From Bdellovibrionales bacterium (lineage in GTDB: Bacteria > Bdellovibrionota > Bdellovibrionia > Bdellovibrionales > CAYMLA01), in NCBI GenBank assembly GCA_965217115.1, contig OZ244239.1, positions 896,001 through 960,000 on the forward strand: a stretch of 64,000 bases of DNA, written 5' to 3'. Position 1 is the first letter of the stretch. Each line of letters opens with the position of its first letter. Below, one piece after another: positions 34,102 through 43,917 of the stretch. A model generated the notes under the pieces. That model worked only from the letters and a program-made list of their open reading frames with translations. It was not told where the DNA came from and did no database searches. Both the position numbers and the translations under genes were made by a program.

Positions 34102-37038
34102 ATGAATAGCTTCTTTCCGTCACTTGATAACATGAACAATAATGAAGAGTTTATTTCAAGACACATTGGTCCTAATTCCTCAGAGACTCAAGAAATGCTA
34201 CAAAGCTTAGGAGTTAGTGATTTTGATAGCCTCATTAATAAAACACTTCCTGAAAATATTCTCACGAAGAAAGATTTTGACTTAAAACACGCACAAACAG
34301 AACACCAAACTCTCAAAGAGATCAAAGCTCTCGCTAAACAAAACCAGATTTACCGTACTTACATTGGCATGGGGTTTCACGATACCATCACACCTCCCGT
34401 TATTCAGAGAAATGTTTTTGAAAATCCTGGCTGGTACACAGCTTACACCCCCTATCAACCAGAGATTTCACAGGGACGCTTAGAGGCTCTTATTAATTTT
34501 CAAACCATGTGTTCTGAGCTCACTGGAATGGATATCTCTAATGCCTCTCTTCTCGATGAAGGAACTGCTGCAGCCGAAGCCATGATTTTGTGCCGCAATC
34601 AAATTCGTGATAAGAACAGGAAGACTTTCTTCATCAGCGACGACACCCATCCACACACTATTGAGGTTATCAAGACCCGCGCCCAACACTTGGATATAAA
34701 TATACAAATCGGCCCTGTTGTCTCTACAGATTGGTCTCTGTGTTTTGGAGCATTGCTCTCCTATCCGAACACCTATGGTTCCATTGAGAATATGAGTTCG
34801 CTCATTGCTAAAATACAAGGAAATGGTGCTCTTGTTGCTGTTGCAGTAGATCTACTCAGCTTAACTATTCTCAAGCCTCCCGGGGAGATGGGTGCAAATG
34901 TTGTCGTCGGTAACACACAGCGCTTTGGTGTTCCACTTGGTTTTGGCGGTCCCCATGCCGCATTTATGGCCACACAAGATAAATTTAAACGCAGTCTTCC
35001 TGGCCGCATAGTCGGTGTTTCGGTGGATACTAAAGGACGCAAATCTTATCGATTGGCTCTACAGACACGGGAACAGCACATCCGTCGAGAGAGAGCATCA
35101 AGTAATATCTGCACCGCCCAAGTTCTTTTGGCCAATATGGCTTCTTTCTATGCTGTTTATCATGGTCCACAGGGGCTTATTCGTATTGCTAAACGTATTC
35201 ACAAACTCACATCGGCACTCTACGAAGGACTGCAGTCTTTAGGTTTTGAATGTCTTCACGGAGATTTTTTTGACACAATCGTTCTTCGCACAGTCACTCC
35301 ATCTACTGAAAAAAAAGGACAGAAAAGCAACGACGAGATTTATCAAGAAGCATTGAATAAAAAAATTAACCTCAGAAAGGTCCCTCAAGGTTTAAGTATT
35401 TCCCTTAACGAAACAACGACTTCTGAGGATATTTCTGACATTTTAGAAGTTTTTAGTGGACAAAAAAGAGACCTCACAAAGCTCATCGCAGATGCATCTA
35501 AAAAAATCCCTGATGACCTTATTCGATTATCTACTTTTATGACTCATAAGGTTTTTAACTCTTTTCACAGTGAAACATCCATGCTCCGTTACATTCAAAA
35601 ATTACAGAACAAAGATCTCTCACTCACGCAAGCCATGATTCCTCTAGGCTCTTGCACCATGAAGCTCAATGCCACCACAGAACTTATCCCCGTGTCCTGG
35701 CCTGAGTTTAATAAGATCCATCCCTTTGTGCCTTTAGATCAAGCCAAAGGTTATCTACAGCTCATCAAAGAAACGGAACAAATGCTTGCCACTATCACTG
35801 GTTTCTCTTGCGTATCACTGCAACCCAACGCCGGCTCCCAAGGAGAGTTTGCAGGTCTACTTGTTATACGTCGCTACCAACAGGAGAAAAATCAAGGGGA
35901 ACGTAATATATGCCTCATACCCCATTCAGCCCATGGCACTAATCCTGCCAGCGCTGTTATGTCAGGACTTAAAGTCGTCGTCATCAAATGTGATAACGAT
36001 GGTAATATTGACGTTGACGATTTAAAAAACAAAGCTCAAGAACACAAGTCCCACTTATCTAGTTTAATGATCACCTATCCTTCCACCCACGGAGTCTACG
36101 AAGAAACCATCCAAAACATCTGTAAAATTATTCACGATAACGGCGGACAGGTCTACATGGACGGAGCCAACATGAATGCTCTTGTCGGGTTGGCTCGCCT
36201 TCCCGAGTTAGGGGCCGATGTGTGTCATCTAAATCTCCATAAAACATTTGCCATTCCCCACGGTGGCGGCGGTCCAGGCGTTGGACCCATTGGCGTCGCA
36301 GAACATTTAAAAAACTTCCTCCCAAACCATGGACTCGTTCCTGAGGCTGGACCTATCACGGGAATTGGTTCTACGACCTCGGCTCCTTGGGGAAGCGCCA
36401 GTATTTTACCCATCTCTTGGGCATATATGAAGATGCTGGGAGGCAACGGCCTCAGAAAAGCCACTGAATATGCTATTTTAAACGCTAACTACATTGCTAA
36501 GAAATTAGAAAACCATTATGAAATTTTGTACAAGGGAAAAAATGGCATGGTCGCCCACGAGTGCATTATTGATGTCAGACCCTTCAAACAAAGTGCGGGT
36601 GTCACGGTTGATGATATCGCTAAACGACTGATTGATTATAGTTTTCACGCACCAACAATGTCTTGGCCTGTCCCCGGAACTCTTATGGTGGAACCCACAG
36701 AGAGCGAAGAAAAAAAAGAACTGGATCGCTTTATCAATGCCATGATCCGTATTCGAAAAGAGATACAGGCTATTGAAGAAGGTGTCTACTCCCGAGAAGA
36801 CAACGTTCTCAAAAATGCTCCTCATACAGTTGAAGGCCTCATTGCCCCCTCTTGGAGTCATGAGTATCCAAGGGACGAAGCTGCTTACCCTGTTCCTGGT
36901 TTAAGAGATAACAAGTACTGGGCTCCTATTACAAGAATCGACAATGCCTATGGCGATCGCAACTTAGTTTGCTCCTGTCCTGCCATAGAAGAATATGAGA
37001 CAGAAGAATATGAAACAGAAGAACATGAAACGAAATAA
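34102..37038 (+). CDS. gcvP: Glycine dehydrogenase (glycine cleavage P protein)
   Basis: YTPYQPEISQGRLE, SNICTAQ, LNLHKTFAIPHGGGGPG, GDRNLVCSC. Confidence 0.99.
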   Translation: MNSFFPSLDNMNNNEEFISRHIGPNSSETQEMLQSLGVSDFDSLINKTLPENILTKKDFDLKHAQTEHQTLKEIKALAKQNQIYRTYIGMGFHDTITPPVIQRNVFENPGWYTAYTPYQPEISQGRLEALINFQTMCSELTGMDISNASLLDEGTAAAEAMILCRNQIRDKNRKTFFISDDTHPHTIEVIKTRAQHLDINIQIGPVVSTDWSLCFGALLSYPNTYGSIENMSSLIAKIQGNGALVAVAVDLLSLTILKPPGEMGANVVVGNTQRFGVPLGFGGPHAAFMATQDKFKRSLPGRIVGVSVDTKGRKSYRLALQTREQHIRRERASSNICTAQVLLANMASFYAVYHGPQGLIRIAKRIHKLTSALYEGLQSLGFECLHGDFFDTIVLRTVTPSTEKKGQKSNDEIYQEALNKKINLRKVPQGLSISLNETTTSEDISDILEVFSGQKRDLTKLIADASKKIPDDLIRLSTFMTHKVFNSFHSETSMLRYIQKLQNKDLSLTQAMIPLGSCTMKLNATTELIPVSWPEFNKIHPFVPLDQAKGYLQLIKETEQMLATITGFSCVSLQPNAGSQGEFAGLLVIRRYQQEKNQGERNICLIPHSAHGTNPASAVMSGLKVVVIKCDNDGNIDVDDLKNKAQEHKSHLSSLMITYPSTHGVYEETIQNICKIIHDNGGQVYMDGANMNALVGLARLPELGADVCHLNLHKTFAIPHGGGGPGVGPIGVAEHLKNFLPNHGLVPEAGPITGIGSTTSAPWGSASILPISWAYMKMLGGNGLRKATEYAILNANYIAKKLENHYEILYKGKNGMVAHECIIDVRPFKQSAGVTVDDIAKRLIDYSFHAPTMSWPVPGTLMVEPTESEEKKELDRFINAMIRIRKEIQAIEEGVYSREDNVLKNAPHTVEGLIAPSWSHEYPRDEAAYPVPGLRDNKYWAPITRIDNAYGDRNLVCSCPAIEEYETEEYETEEHETK

Positions 37039-37089
37039 CATGATTCAAAACACTGACAATCCCATGATCGGAATCTCTGGATTCTCTAA

Positions 37090-37836
37090 ATGAGCTTGCA
37101 CATTGTCTCAATTCCCATTGGCCATCCAGATGATGTCACTCTCAGAGCGATCAACACCTTAAAATCTTCAGATTTAATTATTGGTGAGGAGCGCAAGGTC
37201 GCTGTCAGGTTCTTGAAAAGTATTGGTTTAAGTGACTTTAAATTGGAGCTTCTTAACGAGCATTCTGATAGTCAAGATTTAGATTTTTTAGAAGATCAGT
37301 GTCTTCACAAAAAAGTATCTTTGATTTCAGATTGTGGAACTCCTGTTTTCTGTGACCCTGGTTCACAACTAATTGATCGCTGTCGTAAAAAAAACATCTC
37401 TCTGGTTGCTATCCCAGGGGCATCGAGTCTTATGACTCTTCTATCTCTTAGCAGTAAAGCGATTAAAGAATTTCATTTCCACGGTTTTCTCCCTGCCAAC
37501 AATGAAAAGCGCCAAGGTTTCTTACAGGCCCTTGCCAAGGAGAAACAAGCCTCCGTACTGATGGACACCCCCTATAGATTAAAAAAAACCTTAACAGAAT
37601 TGGCGAAATTTATTCCTCACCGAGAATCTCTCCTGGGGATCAACCTCACTCAAGAGAATGAATATGTTTTAGAAGGAACCTTAAAAGAAATCGTACAGAG
37701 GTTTTCCCAAAAAGAAACTTCAACTGAGAGAGCATTACCAGATAAAGCAGAATTTATTATTTTTCTCTACACGATTGAGAAAAATCACTCACAATCAAAG
37801 CAACGACCTCAGATCAAACATCGATCAAGGCGTTAA
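37090..37836 (+). CDS. rsmI: 16S rRNA C1402 2'-O-methyltransferase-like tetrapyrrole methylase
   Basis: PIGHPDDVTLRA, SDCGTPVFCDPG, IPGASS, GFLP. Confidence 0.85.
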   Translation: MSLHIVSIPIGHPDDVTLRAINTLKSSDLIIGEERKVAVRFLKSIGLSDFKLELLNEHSDSQDLDFLEDQCLHKKVSLISDCGTPVFCDPGSQLIDRCRKKNISLVAIPGASSLMTLLSLSSKAIKEFHFHGFLPANNEKRQGFLQALAKEKQASVLMDTPYRLKKTLTELAKFIPHRESLLGINLTQENEYVLEGTLKEIVQRFSQKETSTERALPDKAEFIIFLYTIEKNHSQSKQRPQIKHRSRR

Positions 37837-37837
37837 T

Positions 37838-38800
37838 TTAAAGCTTTTCAGTAAAGTCTGTTAGTAAGAAATAACGATCGAATAGAGAGTTGTATCGGGA
37901 CCACTTTTCCCCCGACTTTCGTTCGTCTTTCATAAAACCTTCAAGAATATTTATACGACTATCAAGTTCATCCACCATAGAAACAACAAGAGCCTCTAAA
38001 AACTTAGGTCGCTTAGGGCTGCCAAACTCCAACTTACCGTGATGACTTAAAACAATATGCTTACAGATATCTCTTAACTCATCAGAGAAGCCTTCAATAT
38101 GATTTGATTTCCTATCGATCAATTCTAAGGCAATGCCCATATGCCCTATCAACCGCCCTTTATCCGTGTAAGAAGTCGTTCCTCCATAGGACAACTCCCA
38201 AACCTTACCTATATCGTGATAAATAGCTCCAAAATACAGAAGATCTCGATTCAAAGTCTGATAATGGCTGGACAAAAATTTCATGATTTTTAAAATAGAC
38301 ATCGTGTGATCTAAAAGTCCCCCTATCCATGCATGATGAATATTCTTTGCCGCAGGAGCCTTTAATAGCAATGGCTTTATTTCTTTATCATTAACCGTAT
38401 TTTCCAGCAACTGTCGTAAATGACTATTTTCCACTTCATCAACAAATTGCAACAGCTCGACATACATTAACTCTGATGAATTATCACTCGCGGGTAGAAA
38501 GTCTTTAATATCATAATCATCGACTTGTACTTTTTGTATATCACGAATAATAATCTGCTTGCGCCCTTGAAAAACCTGTACAACTCCTTGCACCCAGGAT
38601 AAGTCACCATCATCAAACTTTTTGTTCAAGTCATCGGCATTATCCCAAACTCGCCCATCAATTTGTCCTGTTTTGTCAGAAAGCAACACAGATAAGTAGG
38701 GTTTTCCCGTTTTTCCCATGTTTAGATGCTTCTCTTTCACAAGAAGAACTGTCTCTATTTTATCTTTTTCCTGGAAATGCTCTACACTGATCTTTTTCAT
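37838..38800 (-). CDS. OB-fold plus HD domain protein, YhaM-like 3'-5' exoribonuclease
   Basis: LSDKTGQIDGRVW, HHAWIGGLLDH, YHDIGK, SHHGKLEFGSP. Confidence 0.9.
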   Translation of the reverse strand: MKKISVEHFQEKDKIETVLLVKEKHLNMGKTGKPYLSVLLSDKTGQIDGRVWDNADDLNKKFDDGDLSWVQGVVQVFQGRKQIIIRDIQKVQVDDYDIKDFLPASDNSSELMYVELLQFVDEVENSHLRQLLENTVNDKEIKPLLLKAPAAKNIHHAWIGGLLDHTMSILKIMKFLSSHYQTLNRDLLYFGAIYHDIGKVWELSYGGTTSYTDKGRLIGHMGIALELIDRKSNHIEGFSDELRDICKHIVLSHHGKLEFGSPKRPKFLEALVVSMVDELDSRINILEGFMKDERKSGEKWSRYNSLFDRYFLLTDFTEKL

Positions 38801-38857
38801 GTGATTATCTTATAATGATTTGATCAAAGAAACATCGTTTTTTTTCACATCTCTCTC

Positions 38858-40018
38858 TTATCGCACTATTCCTTGCTCCCCATGACTCCCTCCACCGTCA
38901 CCCTGTGAATCTTTTTTTGGATGCTTCTTAGCAATCGCCTGTTGCACCTTTTCCTCACAAGTTTGATTATAATCGCCCATTATTTTAGCTGATTTCTTAG
39001 ACTGGAAGTTCTGCAAAGCTCCCTCGCAACAATCAGCAATGAGTGTTGTGAGCCCTTCTTTAAAAAGGGGTTTGAAATTCTTCTCTGCCAATGCTTTTAC
39101 ATTAAATTCAACGTGATAGGTGAATGGGCTTTTCCCTAAATCTTTAAAAAAGGCTCCTGAGAAATCACTCTCTTGAACAAACCTAGGGTGTTCTTTGTCG
39201 GTTTTAGCAAATAAACCCTTTTCGTCCAGTTCCCTAAGACCATCCCCTGCAAATACAAGGATTTTATCACCACTTGATATATTTTTTATTCTTGGAAAAC
39301 TAAAATCTCCATCTTTGATCCCTAAGGTGTACTTCTTGCCCCCTACTGTTATATCAGAAAATGATCGACCCTTCTTATCCCTGCGACAGGTAAATTCTGT
39401 TGGATTTAAAGACTCCAACAACCTTTCATCCGCGGAATCAACATTCTTGTATATAGTCATGCCTACCCAAGTTATACCAGCAATGACTCCATTAATGGCA
39501 ATTGAAATTGGCAACATATTAGCAGTTGTGATAACAATACCAACAGCATGGGCTTTAGGCGCTATTAATGATAAGAACACAGACGGTGATTTACTTGGTT
39601 TTTGATAGAGTTTATTTATCGCTGTGTAAAGGGAGCGAAAACTCCTATGGGAGGTCGCATTTAACTCTTTGCCATTAATAAGGAACTTTCCCTCAATGGC
39701 TTTTTGAAAACCGACGTTGACCTTCTCGCCACCCACCCTCATCACCAGATCATTGCCACTCACGGAGAGTTTTATCTTTTGGGATTTAGGTGTTTGCTCT
39801 ATCAGATCTTGGATGAACTTCCTGTCGTCTTTCAACTTCAATATCTTCTTTAAACCAACGAACATCTCCCGCGCATGGACGCCATGGATCTGTTCATAGG
39901 CTCGACCCATTAACTCTTGATTCACATCACTCAAAGGAGTCCCAAACACGACGGGTGAAAAAAGCAAGCCCACCATAGATGTAAAAAAAACTGACATCAG
40001 TAAAACCATTCTCTTCAT
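38858..40018 (-). CDS. Secreted paralogue P1 of a four-gene tandem family
   Basis: MKRMVLL signal peptide; N-terminal half near-identical to P2-P4. Confidence 0.9.
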   Translation of the reverse strand: MKRMVLLMSVFFTSMVGLLFSPVVFGTPLSDVNQELMGRAYEQIHGVHAREMFVGLKKILKLKDDRKFIQDLIEQTPKSQKIKLSVSGNDLVMRVGGEKVNVGFQKAIEGKFLINGKELNATSHRSFRSLYTAINKLYQKPSKSPSVFLSLIAPKAHAVGIVITTANMLPISIAINGVIAGITWVGMTIYKNVDSADERLLESLNPTEFTCRRDKKGRSFSDITVGGKKYTLGIKDGDFSFPRIKNISSGDKILVFAGDGLRELDEKGLFAKTDKEHPRFVQESDFSGAFFKDLGKSPFTYHVEFNVKALAEKNFKPLFKEGLTTLIADCCEGALQNFQSKKSAKIMGDYNQTCEEKVQQAIAKKHPKKDSQGDGGGSHGEQGIVR

Positions 40019-40063
40019 CAGAAACCTTCCATTCAAATTCAATGGGTTTTTCATGTGCTGCTC

Positions 40064-41236
40064 TTATTTCACTGTTGTTCTATTATTAGTCGTTCCATCA
40101 TCACCTGATGAATCTTTTTTTGGATGCTTTTTAGCAATCGCCTGTTGCACCTTTTCCTCACAAGTTCGACTCCTAGCGCCCATCGTTCCATATGATCTCT
40201 TATTAAATTGGAAGTTCTCCAAAGCTCCATCGCAACAATCAGCAATGGCTGTGAGCCCTACTCTTAAAAAAGGCTTGAAATTTTTCTCTGCCAATTTTTT
40301 TAACCCACGTTTATCACCTTGATAAAAGCGGCTGCTTTTATAGTCTCTAAAAACAGCTTTTGAGAAATCACTCGCCTGAACAGATTTAGGGTATGGCTCG
40401 GTTCTAATAACTGAACCCCTTCTGTACCGTCCCCTAAAACCATCATTTGCAAATATAATCTCTCTTTTATGCCCATCAGCCTTACCAACTGATATGCTTT
40501 TTATTCTTGGACGATTAAACGCTCCATCTCTGATCTTTAAGGTGTACTTCTTGCCCCCTACTGTTATATCAGAAAATGACTGATCATCCTTATCCCTGCG
40601 ACAACTAAATTCCGTTGGATCTAAAGATTGCAGCAGCCTTTCATCCATAGGAGTGCCTCCAAGATTCGTATCTGACCCTAGAAAATCTATACCATTAAGA
40701 ATTGAGGGTATAAGAATTACAGGAGTCATTGCAGCAATAGCAGAAGTAGCTATCAAACCAAGAGCATAGGCTTTAGGCGCTATTAACGATAAAAACACAG
40801 ACGGTGATTTACTTGGCTTTTGATAGAGTTTATTTATCGCCGTGTAAAGAGACCGAAAACTCCTATGGGAGGTCACATTTAACTCTTTGCCATTAATAAG
40901 GAACTTTCCCTCGATGGCTTTTTGAAAGCCAACGTTGATCTTCTCTCCCCCCACACTCATCACCAGATCATTGCCACTCACGGAGAGTTTTATCTTTTGG
41001 GATTTAGGTGTTTGCTCTATCAGCTCTTGGATGAATTTCCTGTCGTCTTTCAACTTCAATATCTTCTTTAAACCAACGAACATCTCCCGCGCATGGACGC
41101 CATGGATCTGTTCATAGGCTCGACCCATTAACTCTTGATTCACATCACTCAAAGGAGTCCCAAACACGACTGGTGAAAAAAGCAAACTCACCATAGATGT
41201 AAAAAAAACTGACATCAGTAAAACCATTCTCTTCAT
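40064..41236 (-). CDS. Secreted paralogue P2
   Basis: As P1; RBS AAGGAAGG. Confidence 0.9.
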   Translation of the reverse strand: MKRMVLLMSVFFTSMVSLLFSPVVFGTPLSDVNQELMGRAYEQIHGVHAREMFVGLKKILKLKDDRKFIQELIEQTPKSQKIKLSVSGNDLVMSVGGEKINVGFQKAIEGKFLINGKELNVTSHRSFRSLYTAINKLYQKPSKSPSVFLSLIAPKAYALGLIATSAIAAMTPVILIPSILNGIDFLGSDTNLGGTPMDERLLQSLDPTEFSCRRDKDDQSFSDITVGGKKYTLKIRDGAFNRPRIKSISVGKADGHKREIIFANDGFRGRYRRGSVIRTEPYPKSVQASDFSKAVFRDYKSSRFYQGDKRGLKKLAEKNFKPFLRVGLTAIADCCDGALENFQFNKRSYGTMGARSRTCEEKVQQAIAKKHPKKDSSGDDGTTNNRTTVK

Positions 41237-41280
41237 CACAGACCTTCCTTTCAAATTCAATGATTTTTCATGTGCTGCTC

Positions 41281-42462
41281 TTAGTGCACTGCCGGAGTAT
41301 CCCTAAAACGCACTCCACCGTTATCTTGTGAATCTTTTTTTGGATGCTTTTTAGCAATCGCCTGTTGCAGCTTTTCCTCACAAGTTCGACTCCTAGCGCC
41401 CATCGTTCCATATGATCTCTTATTAGATTGGAAGTTCTCCAAAGCTCCCTCGCAACAATCAGCAATGGCTGTGAGCCCTACTTTTAAAAAAGGCTTGAAA
41501 TTTTTCTCTGCCAATTTTTTTAACCCACGTTTATCACCTTGATAAAAGCGGCTGCTTTTATAGTCTCTAAAAACAGCTTTTGAGAAATCACTCTCCTGAA
41601 CAGGTTCAGGGCGGTATGGCTCGGTTCTAATAAAAAGTAAACCATTTCTGTACCGTCCCCTAAAACCATCATTTGCAAATATAATCTCTTTTTTATGCCC
41701 ATCAGCCTTACCAATTGATATACTTTTTATTCTTGGGCGATTAAACGCTCCATCTCTGATCTTTAAGGTGTACTTCTTGCCACCCACTGTTATATCAGAA
41801 AATGGTTGATCATCCTTATCCCTGCGACAACTAAATTCCGTTGGATCTAAAGATTGCAACAGCCTTTCATCCATAGGAGTGCTTCCAAGATTCGTATCTG
41901 CCCTTAGAAAATCCAGAACAGTCCAAATTGTGGGAGCAACAATTGCACCAAGCATTGCACCAATACCAACACTAGCTATCAAACCAACAGCATGGGCTTT
42001 AGGCGCTATTAATGATAAAAACACAGACGGTGATTTACTTGGTTTTTGATAGAGTTTGTTTATCGCCGTGTAAAGGGACCGGAAACTCCTATGGGAGGTC
42101 GCATTTAACTCTTTGCCATTAATAAGGAACTTTCCCTCAATGGCTTTTTGAAACCCGACGTTGATCTTCTCGCCACCCACCCTCATCACCAGATCATTGC
42201 CACTCACGGAGAGTTTTATCTTATGGGATTTAGGTGTTTGCTCTATCAGCCCTTGGATGAATTTCCTGTCGTCTTTCAACTTCAATATCTTCTTTAAACC
42301 AACGAACATCTCCCGCGCATGGACGCCATGGATCTGTTCATAGGCTCGACCCATTAACTCTTGATTCACATCACTCAAAGGAGTCCCAAATACGACTGGT
42401 GAAAAAAGCAAGCCCACCATAGATGTAAAAAAAACTGACATCAGTAAAACCATTCTCTTCAT
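41281..42462 (-). CDS. Secreted paralogue P3
   Basis: As P1. Confidence 0.9.
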   Translation of the reverse strand: MKRMVLLMSVFFTSMVGLLFSPVVFGTPLSDVNQELMGRAYEQIHGVHAREMFVGLKKILKLKDDRKFIQGLIEQTPKSHKIKLSVSGNDLVMRVGGEKINVGFQKAIEGKFLINGKELNATSHRSFRSLYTAINKLYQKPSKSPSVFLSLIAPKAHAVGLIASVGIGAMLGAIVAPTIWTVLDFLRADTNLGSTPMDERLLQSLDPTEFSCRRDKDDQPFSDITVGGKKYTLKIRDGAFNRPRIKSISIGKADGHKKEIIFANDGFRGRYRNGLLFIRTEPYRPEPVQESDFSKAVFRDYKSSRFYQGDKRGLKKLAEKNFKPFLKVGLTAIADCCEGALENFQSNKRSYGTMGARSRTCEEKLQQAIAKKHPKKDSQDNGGVRFRDTPAVH

Positions 42463-42557
42463 CATAGACCTTCCTTTCAAATTCAATGATTTTTCATGTG
42501 CTGTTCTTAACCAATACTCTTTAAGCAGAGAAATGCTAAATTTTAAACACCTCTCTC

Positions 42558-43727
42558 TTATCGCACTATCTGACTATCCTTACCAGACACTCCACCGTCA
42601 CTCTGTGAATCTTTTTTTGGATGCTTTTTAGCAATTGCCTGTTGCACCTTTTCCTCACAATTTCGCTTATCAGCGCCCATCGTTCCATATGAGATCTTAG
42701 CCTGGAATTTCTGCAAAGCTCCCTCGCAACAATCAGCAATGGCTGTGAGCCCTGCTTTTAAAAAAAGTTTGAAATTCTTCTCTGCCAATGGTCTTACCGT
42801 GTCTGAATCTTTTTCGTAAAAGCGCCTGCTTTTATGGTCTCTAAAAACAGCTTTTGAGAAATCACTCGCTTGAACAGACCCAGGGGTTCCTGTGTCCTCT
42901 CTAAAAATGGTACCATTTTTGTACAGTCCCCTAAAACCATCATTTGCAAATGTCATCGTTTTTTTATCCCCATCATCCTTACCAACTGATATACTTTTTA
43001 TTCTTGGAAAACTAAACGCTCCATCTCTGATCTCTAAGGTGTACTTCTTGCCCCCTACTGTTATATCAGAAAATGATTGCCCCTTCTTCCTGCGACAACC
43101 AAAGTCCGTTGGATTTAAAGACTGCAACAAGCTTTCATCCGCACCAATAGCTCCAAAACCAATACCCATCTTTGTAGATATAAAGTCATTAGAAAACGCA
43201 ACAGCGGTAGCAACTCCTGCTGCTGCTGCTGCTGCTACACCCAACATAACACCAGCATGGGCCTTAGGCACTATTAATGATAAAAACACAGACGGTGATT
43301 TACTTGGTTTTTGATAGAGTTTGTCTATCGCCGTGTAAAGGGACCGGAAACTCCTATGGGAGGTCGCATTTAACTCTTTGCCATTAATAAGGAACTTTCC
43401 CTCAATGGCTTTTTGAAACCCGACGTTGATCTTCTCGCCACCCACCCTCATCACCAGATCATTGCCACTCACGGAGAGTTTTATCTTATGGGATTTAGGT
43501 GTTTGCTCTATCAGCCCTTGGATGAATTTCCTGTCGTCTTTCAACTTCAATATCTTCTTTAAACCAACGAACATCTCCCGCGCATGGACGCCATGGATCT
43601 GTTCATAGGCTCGACCCATTAACTCTTGATTCACATCACTCAAAGGAGTCCCAAACACGACTGGTGAAAAAAGCAAGCTCACCATAGATGTAAAAAAAAC
43701 TGACATCAGTAAAACCATTCTCTTCAT
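42558..43727 (-). CDS. Secreted paralogue P4 (first in transcription order)
   Basis: As P1. Confidence 0.9.
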   Translation of the reverse strand: MKRMVLLMSVFFTSMVSLLFSPVVFGTPLSDVNQELMGRAYEQIHGVHAREMFVGLKKILKLKDDRKFIQGLIEQTPKSHKIKLSVSGNDLVMRVGGEKINVGFQKAIEGKFLINGKELNATSHRSFRSLYTAIDKLYQKPSKSPSVFLSLIVPKAHAGVMLGVAAAAAAGVATAVAFSNDFISTKMGIGFGAIGADESLLQSLNPTDFGCRRKKGQSFSDITVGGKKYTLEIRDGAFSFPRIKSISVGKDDGDKKTMTFANDGFRGLYKNGTIFREDTGTPGSVQASDFSKAVFRDHKSRRFYEKDSDTVRPLAEKNFKLFLKAGLTAIADCCEGALQKFQAKISYGTMGADKRNCEEKVQQAIAKKHPKKDSQSDGGVSGKDSQIVR

Positions 43728-43917
43728 CACAGACCTTCCTTTACAAGAACTCTTTAAAATTCACCACTGACATAGTGTATAACACTCCAATCCCGGGTCC
43801 TAGTTCCATTCCTCATTTCCATTTTAATTCTTGGCTTAAGACTGGAAGTGAACTAGACCTTTGTGTTATGTAAATTTCTTAAGATCTCTTGCAAAAAAAA
43901 CCCGAAATCGCCCGATC

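Noticed and set aside
39195..43608. Repeated + strand ORFs antisense to the paralogues (e.g. 39717, 40935, 42161, 43426)
   Set aside because: Shadow ORFs produced by duplication of the real genes
39983..43699. Phase-variable T8 tract in each paralogue's signal-peptide codons
   Set aside because: All four copies are in frame with equal length, and A/T runs of 8 are common in this window
38858..43730. Diversity-generating retroelement as the source of paralogue variation
   Set aside because: Differences include indels and all base types, and no reverse transcriptase or template repeat was seen
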